A stretch of DNA of 63,949 nt, counting the filler, from Blastocystis sp. subtype 4 (lineage: Eukaryota), in assembly GCF_000743755.1 (NCBI RefSeq). It is 4 parts of 4 records of this genome, joined end to end, with 100 filler letters (N's around TTAATTAATTAA, not from the genome) between each part and the next. Parts side by side here need not be neighbours in the genome. Positions count along the whole stretch, not along the records: positions 16,411 to 32,555 come from NW_014569304.1; 3 more parts are not named here. One strand, 5' to 3'. The notes under the pieces were generated by a model that saw nothing but the letters and a program-made list of their open reading frames with translations, was not told the origin of the DNA and made no database searches. Positions 23,259 through 32,655 of the stretch are shown here, in pieces; positions within the stretch are counted from its first letter, which is position 1; the number at the start of each line of letters is the position of its first letter. The position numbers and the translations under genes were made by a program.

Positions 23259-24164
23259 ATGTCAAAAGACCATCATATTGCTATAGCTCTTCGTCCTTAT
23301 ATTGCGGGAGGTTCAGGAGCAATCTTCTCTTCTATGTGTATTCATCCAATCGATCTCATTAAGGTTCGTCTTCAGGTTGCTAACACTGCGGTAGAAGGGA
23401 AGGTAACTGGACTTTCTATTGCCAAGAGTGTTGTGAGGAATGAAGGTGTAAAAGGACTATTCTCAGGTCTCTCGGCTGCTGTAGCTCGACAGGCAGTCTA
23501 TGGAACAGCCAAGATCGGTCTGCATGATTCTTTTAGTCAGACATTGAGGACAATGAACAATGGTCGACCAATTCCCTTCTACCAAAAGACTCTCTGTGCA
23601 ATGAGTGCCGGTGCCATTGCTGCTGTGATCGGTAATCCTTTTGATCTTGCTCTAGTACGAATGGAAGCTGATGGATGTGCTCCACCGAGTCAGCGTCGTG
23701 GATACAAAAACGCTCTGCAAGCTGTGTATCGTATTGGTAAAGAAGAGGGAATTCGGACTTTATGGAGAGGTTCCATTCCGATGGTCTGTCGTGCTATTGC
23801 AATGAATGTGGGTATGCTTGCATCCTACGACCAAATCAAAGAAATGCTGGCTCCTTATACAGGAGTAGGTGTTGCAAATAATATGTGGTCGAGTGCGGCA
23901 ACAAGTTTCATTTGTTCTTTTACTGCTCTTCCTTTTGATATGATGAAAACAAAGTTGATGAACATGCATCGTAATCCTAAGACTGGAGAGTATCCCTACA
24001 AGAATCTATGGGACTGTGCCGTTAAGATTGTGAAACAAGGAGGTTTCTTCTCTCTTTGGAGGGGTTACTGGACTTTCTATGTGCGAACTGCTCCTCATGC
24101 AATGATCACCCTGCTAGCCAAGGATGCCTTTACTTCTCTCTACAACAAGGTCTTTTTGAATTGA
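23259..24164 (+). CDS. Mitochondrial carrier (SLC25) of the oxoglutarate/dicarboxylate carrier group
   Basis: Intronless 301-aa ORF with three Px[D/E]xx[K/R]-type motifs (PIDLIKVR, PFDLALVR, PFDMMKTK), RQAVYGTAK and RTAPH. Confidence 0.92.
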   Translation: MSKDHHIAIALRPYIAGGSGAIFSSMCIHPIDLIKVRLQVANTAVEGKVTGLSIAKSVVRNEGVKGLFSGLSAAVARQAVYGTAKIGLHDSFSQTLRTMNNGRPIPFYQKTLCAMSAGAIAAVIGNPFDLALVRMEADGCAPPSQRRGYKNALQAVYRIGKEEGIRTLWRGSIPMVCRAIAMNVGMLASYDQIKEMLAPYTGVGVANNMWSSAATSFICSFTALPFDMMKTKLMNMHRNPKTGEYPYKNLWDCAVKIVKQGGFFSLWRGYWTFYVRTAPHAMITLLAKDAFTSLYNKVFLN

Positions 24165-24212
24165 GTGTCTTTTAGAGGTTTTGTATCATTTCTTGTTTGT
24201 CACAAACACATG

Positions 24213-24590
24213 CTAGAAACAGAATTAGAAACTGAAAGCGAGGAAAACGTCGGTCAGTAAGAAATGATGTCAACACTCTTCATTCAGTGTAGATAAGGAA
24301 AACATCACACCGACTATACACATGCAACATTACTTACCCAAAGAAACCTATAGATGTGTGAGATATGGAGGCATCAAAGGGGTAACGAACTAGCACAGCT
24401 AGAACAACCTAGGATGTACTATGTACTCATACGTCTAGAACCCGTTCATGTAGACTCGTACTGCAAGAAAACCTTGTACTACGAATGGAGTCTCCAATGA
24501 GGAGAGACATCCCCATGAACAAAGTTCAGAAGAAAGAGGGATACAACTACTTACAACTCGACCTTGAGCGACAAACAAAAAGAGAAAATG
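24213..24590 (-). ncRNA. Putative non-coding spliced snoRNA host gene (ends approximate)
   Basis: Pyrimidine-rich 5' end, perfect GTAAGT donors at 24554 and 24337, acceptors at 24409/24348 and 24232, tiny exons with no ATG-led ORF, and a TGTTTGTG end motif at 24208-24201. Confidence 0.6.
24249..24314 (-). ncRNA. Intronic box C/D snoRNA
   Basis: Terminal stem GTCGG/CCGAC, box C GTGATGT, D' CTGA, C' ATGAAGA, D CTGA. The D' guide TTTCCTTATCTACA is complementary to conserved LSU rRNA UGUAGAUAAGGGAA. Confidence 0.82.
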
Positions 24591-24824
24591 TGGTTAATAG
24601 TAAATACCGCGGTTATTCTAATACGTAAACAGACAATAGGGGTTCAAGAAATAATCTTGTGGATTCATAGAGAAAGGATGTTAAATTGCAGTGTAAAATA
24701 ATGGAGGAAAGGAGAGAATGGATCGAGAACGATCGAAATAGACTCACCATCGCATTTGAAATCATCCATCCAAAATTCTGCTAAAGGCGGGTTAATCCCA
24801 CCAATTCATTCATCTTTTCCTCTC

Positions 24825-26382
24825 ATGAATCTTCTTTCAAATTGGAAGCAGAAAGATCCATCGTTCCCAGACAAACATATTCTACCCTTTTATCCGCTTT
24901 CTGATCTGGATAATGTCAGTGAGGAGATTACAATCGATAAATTTGAAGAATATGCCGACTACCGTGTGAAGTGTATGTTCCATATTGGTGCTGGAGTCAT
25001 TTTTCTAGTATACCTGTATATCGACAAGAATGAAATCTCACTGGATACAAAAAAGGAAGAAGATCCAAAAATACGAAATTTTGCATCTGTCACTATGGAG
25101 AATCGAGTAATTGTTACTGGTGAAGATTGAACGTAGGAAATGGATATTATATCACATTTCATCATGCGTGCAGCATTTTGTTCAAACCACACTGATCGTG
25201 TCAAGTTCATAGATCGTGAAAGTCGTCTCTTTGAGTAGGGGTTCGTCTTCATTCTGATATAGATATCGATTAATGAAGATTGACATGAATAGTGCACTTG
25301 AGCAAAGTGGATACAAACCACAAGTGGTGACAATGGAAGAGATGAAAGAGAAGTTTGAAGATATTAAAGAAACAGGAACCTTTTATATGATGCGCTTTCA
25401 AGATGTCCCTCGGCAACTAGCATCGCGTTCAGTGTATCTCCGCAGTGGTCAGGCCTATATTCACGAAAAGGAACTCAAGAATTACTTGGTTTCACGTTTT
25501 GAAGATGATTTGCGGGAAGGTATTGAAACCTATGTGTCGATACAACACCAGTTCTTAGATCCTCGTTTTGAAGAAACATTGAAGAAGCTTACGGTGGTTG
25601 TAGGTGTGAACAAGAATCGTGATCCTTAGTCTATTCAAGAAGACTATTTACCTTCGGATACGATTACAGCAGATGCAATTCCACGAGTAAGATCAAATCT
25701 GGTGTAATTACGATAGCTTGCTAAACAGTCATTCCCATTGTGTATGATGCGGATTTATAAGAAGCTGTGTGATACAAATCATCTCTACTATGATGGACGA
25801 GAACAGCTTGGGCGATTCTTGAAGGTTGCTGAAGAGCCTGGCATGAAGTGTAGGGAATTGGTCTAAGTATGGAAGGCGCACTCGAATTCTTTCAGAATCA
25901 TTTCTGTCGGAGTATTTCCATTGATAAGTTCAACAAGGAATATGCTTACAACATTCGCTACATGTATGGTAAGGAGGGAAGACGAATTCCCTTACAACCA
26001 CTTCCATGTAAATATATGATCAAGTCTATTCCTGTGGGTGATCAGTGTCATGGTAGGAACAGAGGTGGAGAATGAAGATAGGTTGTCCATTTGCTTCAAT
26101 GCGGGCAGTTGATCTAGAGGCTCTATTAAAGAATCTGCATGTAGATAGTGATCATATTGAGAATATCATGCAGTATCATCGAGAGAAGAATTATGAGGTG
26201 AATATGAAAATACGAAGTAATTTAGTAGAAAGCCTGTCGTGAATATTTCCTGGCGATTCATTCGGGTTCTTCGAATGAAGGAGTTGATGTAATTGTACTT
26301 ATTGATATTGTAGATTGCATTGCATCCAGTATTGTGGTTTAAGAAGAGTCGTAGCTATTATGAAGAGAATGGAAAGCACTAG
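24825..26382 (+). CDS. PRIM2: DNA primase large subunit
   Basis: ISHFIMRAAFC, SFPLCM...HLYYDGREQLGRFLKGIG, FNKEYAYNIRYMYGKEG and CHGCPF (Fe-S domain). Confidence 0.9.
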
Positions 26383-26611
26383 AAGTATCATGTTTGTTTG
26401 GAATCCTTTTCCATATATTCGGTTCTTTTCCATTTATTTTATACAAAGAATCCCACTTTGATACCTCTAGTTCCAATATATAGGGAAAGAAGAGTCACAA
26501 TAAGAACTAATCCAGGGGATAGAATTTTGGAAAAAACCACCTAAAATCAACTCTAAGCAAGTTTAGTTGGTTTTCTTTCGCTTGTCCCGATTCAGCGAAT
26601 CGAAACATACC

Positions 26612-29600
26612 ATGGAAGCCATTCTAGATTTTTCCAAACCGTTTAATCCTGCTCTACTTGATGAGATCATATCCGTCTTTTATTCTCCACATCATCCAGA
26701 GGTGCCTTTTTATCGATATGAATGCTTATTTGTAGCAAGGAAAAGCGGGACAAGTTTTGTACGACCTTAAGGAGAGCGATCGTGCTTGGTCAATTGCAGA
26801 CAGCATTATTGAGCAGTGTAAAGACTCTCGAAGTATCTTTTTTGGTCTTATTGTGGATCGTCGTTGTTTTCGTTAATGCATAGCTTCTTGAGGAAATGGT
26901 GAAGAATCGATGGGCAATTGTCCCTCTAGAACAACGAGAGTCCATCAAGAACTATTCTTTGGCCAAGGTCATGTCGGTACGTGATGGAAGATTGTTTTGA
27001 GTCTAGTATTCAGAGACAATGGAATCAATCCAGCAGAATGAAGAGATTCTTCACAAGTGGGATATCATTCTAGTGGAGATCTTCAAGAAGGAGTGGCCCA
27101 ATAGCTGGACATCTTTTGTAAAAGATTTAGTAGCAGCTGCTGTGGAAAGTGAGAGTCGCTGTCGCAACAGTATGTTCATTCTGAAGATCGTTGTGGAAGA
27201 TGTATTTCAATTTAGCGAGACCACGCTTACATCAAAGTTTAGCCAACAAATTCAGCAAGCTCTTCAAAGTGACATGATCGATGTTTTCAACGTATTCTCT
27301 CTTTTTCTCGTAAATAGTAGCTCTGTTCTCAAGTTATTGTAAACACAGAAGTAGTTCCCCTGCTTCTCGATACCATCGACACAATCCGCCTGATCTTGAA
27401 GTATCTTCCAGATGATTGTGTGTTTAATTATCAATTGGCTGATGTCCTGTTAAAATTCATTACCATTGATCAGTTTCGTACATCAGCCATGATGTGTCTT
27501 CAAGAGATCCTGTGTCATCCAAATAGTTACAAGTATCCTTCTCTCATAAGTCAATCGATTCGTCGCTTCTTAGAATATTTGGTATGGATTCTCAAGGGTA
27601 TCTGACTATCAGCAAACATACGTTGACGTAACAGTGGACCTAAGTACTTCATACACCTCGTTATCATCGGATCTAACAGACTTTGTCCATGAGCTGAGTG
27701 TCTTTCTCACCAGCATCTCTCTAAGACATAAGTCCATGCTTGAGTCTCAGTACCAAGACGTGTATCTCCAAATTTGTACCTTTGTGTTGTTCCTAAGTCG
27801 ATGTCCTGATCGTGAAGTATTGAAAGTCTGTATGAAGTTTTGGAAAGAGTGGTGTCATTCAATCTATCAAGCTTATTCAACTAATTCTGTTGTCTTGCTG
27901 ATTGGCTCTCATCATAGAATTCTGCCACTTCATCCAAACAACCTGAGGGACCTTACACTAATCTCACACAACAGCTTATTCAATTGATTGTCGAACGAAT
28001 GAGTCGACCTGAAGAAGTGATGATGATGGAAAATGAAGATGGAGAAGTCGTTCGAGTTGAGACGAAGGATACAGATGGCATTGCATTGTACAAGATAATG
28101 AAAGAGTGCCTTGTATTACTGGCTTCGGTTGATTATGAAATCACAGAAGCCATTCTTATGAATGCTTTAGATATTCAGGTATTCCAAAAATCATGACTTT
28201 TTTGTAGATGCAGCTTAAACCAACTGATCCATTCCGTTCCACATTACAACCTCTGATCTGGTCTATTGGTTCTTTGAACGGTGTTTTAACAGAAGCTGAT
28301 GAGCGTCGTCTGCTGATGGCAACAATTATGGATATTCTGCGTCTTGTTGCTTCCAAAGTCACAAAGGATGATAAGGCGGTAGTCGCGGGATGTTTGATGT
28401 ATGTTATTCAGCAATTCCCGCGGTTCTTGAAACATCACTTCAAATTCCTTCGGACGGTAATCAATAAGAACTTTGAGTTTATGCACGAAACCCACCCCGG
28501 AGTTCAGGACATGTCATGTGATACTTTTGAGAAGATTGCAAAACAGTGTGGGTATCAGCTGGTAATCCCTCAACAAGTGGATGGGCAGGAATGGGCTCCG
28601 TACATCAATGAAATAATTGCAAAATTGGAGGTTTTTGTGGAATTGCTAAATCAGCAACAACGAGAAGTGGTGTATCGAGGCGTAGCGAGTGCGTGTCGTT
28701 GTGAACGAAACCCAGAGAGACGATTAGTCTTGATTGATTCATTATTGTATCGAGTGAATGAGAGAATTGTGGAAGTAATTAAAAAGGGATGTGTGGATGA
28801 ACGGGAGTTTCATTCATTAGCAAATATTCAGTTACTTCGTAATTCATTACGGTTTCATCGAGTCGTATGTGAAGTGATTGGAATGGATTATTATAAACAG
28901 GTATTCCAGAAATTTAGGGTATTTTTAACATCTAGTTCATGACTCAGTATCAAGACTTTGCTGACTTATTTTCATTCTATTCCCGTGCAACAATTCAGTC
29001 AGTGAAAGAGAACGGCGAATTGGTTGCAGGATACTCACAGACACGTCAAGAGCGTTTGCTGTTACGGGACATCATTCGTTTGTTCCAATGTTTCATTGAG
29101 CGAGTTAAGGGACGAGAGGTGAATGATTCAAATCAGATCGACCTGAACTCAGTCTGTCAGCAGACTCTTTCTCTCATTCTGAAAGATTACGAAGATGCCC
29201 CAGAGTGTCTGAAGGAGCCTTGTTGTCTTCAGTTTTCAGCCGTAGTTCTGGAGAAGCTGAAAGTAGGAGATCAAAGGGTCTATGAGAATAGTCACAAAAC
29301 TCAACACTCACAGCATCCATTCTCTCATCAGTCTTCCTATCCACACTGCATTTGATCACCTCCAATCGATTGAAGTATCCTGAACTCACTCTCACGTTCT
29401 TCACATTACTCTCTGCTGTGGCTCGCTATTCCTTCTTGTCTCTGTTTTCATTCAATATGACAGAATTGAAGCTTATTGTGGATTCCATTATTTGGGGGTA
29501 TTTAGATAGTGAACGTCGGATCTATGAGAACAGCTTAGAGACAATGTTAGTGGTGATGGAGAGTGTTCGTGCATGTGAAGGTGAACTTCGACAAGGATTC

Positions 29601-30264
29601 TATCAACAGTTCTGGGTGTATATTGTGGAGCATACTCTGTAAGTAAGAGTGATTGTGTGAGTGATTGTGTGGATGATCTTATGGACATTAATGATTGACT
29701 GTGACTGAGCAACGAGTGTCTGACTGATTCATCTGACTCTCTACTAACCTCTCCAGTGATTGTCTTACAGACCGAATGCATATTCCAGCTCTTCCTCTCC
29801 TTTCCCAACTTCTCAGACTCCTCTTCACAATTCTCCTCAGTCAGGAAATCACAGTTCCACTGACTCCTTCTGCCACGAGTTGTTTTCAGAATCCAGTCGA
29901 AGTGGGAAAAGTTTTAACCAACTATCTAGGTGAGAAGTTCCCACAATGCTCTCGTCAGCTTATCTGTGATTATGTACTTCAGCTGGAGAATGCTCCACAA
30001 AAGACAGAACAGGAATATCGAGTGATTAACCGTGATTTTTTGATTCAGCTGAAGGTGTGTATTGGAGTGAGAGAATGATTGATAGGAGATCACAAATGAT
30101 TCAGTTGATTTGTTTGCAGATGTGAAGGAAGAAGCAAAACGACAAGCTGAGCAAGTAACAGTTGAGAGAATGGATCATAGAATAGGAAGAACTAGAACGA
30201 AGGAAAGCAATCCCTGGGTTAGTTGGTGTGAATGAAATTCCTGATGGATATGATCCTGTACTTT
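26612..30264 (+). CDS. XPO1: Exportin-1 (CRM1)
   Basis: ERMSRPEEVMMMENEDGEVVR, WSIGSLNG, QFPRFLKHHFKFLRTVINKNFEFMHETHPGVQDMSCDTF, RDFLIQLKE, IPGLV. Stop inferred to be poly(A)-generated at T30264. Confidence 0.95.
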
Positions 30265-30268
30265 CATT

Positions 30269-30276
30269 TGTTTGTT
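30269..30276 (+). terminator. TGTTTGTT downstream cleavage/polyadenylation motif (XPO1); representative of many copies at gene ends
   Basis: Perfect motif 4 nt after an in-frame T. The same spacing occurs at several genes on both strands. Confidence 0.8.
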
Positions 30277-30291
30277 TGAAAGAAACACGAC

Positions 30292-31339
30292 AAGAAAAGA
30301 AATCCTCCAAATCTGAATCACTTTCTTCAATCTTTGTTCGATTATCATCTGGGAAGATACGAATTGAAGTTGCATCCAATGACATATCCTTTGCACAACG
30401 TAATAACATAATTATATTCGACTTCAACATATCACATAAAGAACGAGTGGTTTCTGGAATGTTCACTAATGATTATGAATCACCATCGCATTCTTACAAT
30501 CATCAAACTGTTCTTTCAGACCAATGATACGAATCAAGCATTGACTGAGGAAATCTGCCTCTTCATCCAACTCCTACAATCATTATCCAATAATCATCAA
30601 TACTCGTTGCTTATTCTCTGGAATATTATTTCGACGATTGCGCTTCACAATTAGTCCTTGCATCTTTACCATATGCTGTTGGACGATGTGTAAATCATTC
30701 TCAAGTTTTGCATTTGGACTCGTGTATCCTTCAATCACATTCATTCCTATTTCCTACTCACATGCATGCCACTTGGAATATTGGTGATGACTTCATCCGA
30801 AAGATTAGGAGTGAATATGTCAACTTCACTTTCCTCTTTAAATTCAACACCACGGTTTCGAAGAGAACGATATAGGGTTCCAAACAAACGATACTCTTTT
30901 CCTGTGGAAGCAAACGATAGTGCCAAACTCTGAATCAAATCAGCTGCCTCCTGGTAATTCTCAGGGCTCTACATAATAGTCCATTTCTATTACCTACTTG
31001 TTCCTTCATAGCAATACGGAATAGATTATCCAAAAACTCCTTTTGGCAAATCAGAGCGTGAAATGGACCAAAACAATTCTTCTCCAAAGTATCCAAAAGA
31101 AGAATCGCTAACGATACAGCTTTGGGGTTCTTGCTCTTCAGCCTGCTATCCAGGGCGCTTACTACATCTTGACGATAAGTGTCACTCCTGGACGTCAAGA
31201 ACCACAACAAATCTTACCGCTGGTTCACATTATCGCAAAGTGTAATGAACATACCCCAATCGGGCTCTTCCAAATCTGGATTCGTTGCATCATATACCAA
31301 CTAAGATCGTATCCACCGAGTGATGTCTACTTGAGCCAT
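30292..31339 (-). CDS. VHS-domain (TOM1-like) trafficking adaptor
   Basis: MAQLVYDATNPDLEEPDWGMFITLCDNVN, AILLLDTLEKNCFGPFHALI, YRSLRNRGVEF. Ends DLEDFFS plus a poly(A)-made stop. Confidence 0.8.
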
Positions 31340-31434
31340 TAGCCACTTTTACCTCTATTATGAAACAATTCTTAAGAACAAAGTGTCCTTCTGGATTCCC
31401 GTGGGAATCACCAAGAATATCCGAAACAAACATA

Positions 31435-32427
31435 CTAGTAATGAAATTCTTGCAACAGAGAGAAGTGCATCCAGAGAGGAGAGATAGAACCATACTTTCT
31501 ACATATCACACTTCGACATCAACCGTACTCAAACTCTTTTGAATAGTACCTTCTTTTAACAGAAATACCAATAGATTCCAGCTGATGCTGAAATGCCAAC
31601 AATTCGTAATAACGTTCACATTTAACTGTTTCTTCATATAAATATGAGGTAATGTGAAAATAAACGCTCAGAGAATTACTGCATGTGATCTTAACTATAC
31701 AATTGTACCTATACATCTGTAAGAAAGAAGCAGCTCCATTCTCAATATCTGGATAGCATAATCCACTCACACCATTGGCACAGTCTAACCAATGGATTTC
31801 TCGAATTCGTTGCATCAAGGCATCCGAGTACACAGCTGTTCCAAGTTCGACCACAATTTGATTAAGTACTAGACCGCCTCGTGAAAAACCAACTAGGATA
31901 ACGGGCAAAACGCGGTCTTGATCATCTACATCCAACACTACTCTCAAACATACTGCAAATGCTATTCTCGAGTAAAAGGAATAATGTGTGTGTTGCACTC
32001 CCTTGAGGATCATCTAAGTGAAATACCGTCAGCTAACCATACACTTTTGCACATTTCCATTTTTATCACAGTTGAGATACTTTGCATAGAGACTAATCTC
32101 TTTTGTTTTCTTCGAAGGGCGAATAATGTAAATGCTAACTATTAATCGATTGTACACTCGTACTTGGATTTTAAATACTTTTGATGTAAGATTTGTAGCA
32201 TTTTCTCATATGAGAACGAACTAAAATCTCTTGCTATCCTTGAAGACATCCTAATCATGATGGAACAACAACAATATCTACATCACATCTTCTGAGTCTT
32301 GAATATCTCCAGGAAAGTATATTACAGCTGATTCTGGTTGGCGGACCTGAAACGAGAAGATATCGTTTCCGTAGCTGCAAGTATAACTTGCAGAGTCCAT
32401 ACGAATCAAGTTAGGACGACTACACAT
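31435..32427 (-). CDS. UPF0565/C2orf69-like alpha/beta-hydrolase-fold protein
   Basis: IYFPGDIQD, LVGFSRGGLVLNQIVVEL, IHWLDCANG and C-terminal MHFSLLQEF. Confidence 0.75.
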
Positions 32428-32555
32428 ATACTCAAAGAGATGATTGACTTAGTCACAAACAAATTACTAAAACGACATTACTCTTTCTTTCCACATCCAT
32501 GCTTATGAATCTTCCAATCTGCAATTTGACATTCTCGTGAACAATAGAACGTTTT

Positions 32556-32655
32556 NNNNNNNNNNNNNNNNNNNNNNNNNNNNNNNNNNNNNNNNNNNNT
32601 TAATTAATTAANNNNNNNNNNNNNNNNNNNNNNNNNNNNNNNNNNNNNNNNNNNN
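32556..32655. other. Assembly gap linker
   Basis: N44-TTAATTAATTAA-N44. Confidence 0.97.

Noticed and set aside
24330..24340. TACTTACC on the plus strand as a U1 snRNA 5' end
   Set aside because: It is the reverse complement of a GTAAGT donor; no U1 stem-loops or Sm site follow.
29645..29740. Box C/D snoRNA in the long XPO1 intron
   Set aside because: Several CTGA, but only a degenerate C box within a simple repeat and no recognisable rRNA guide.
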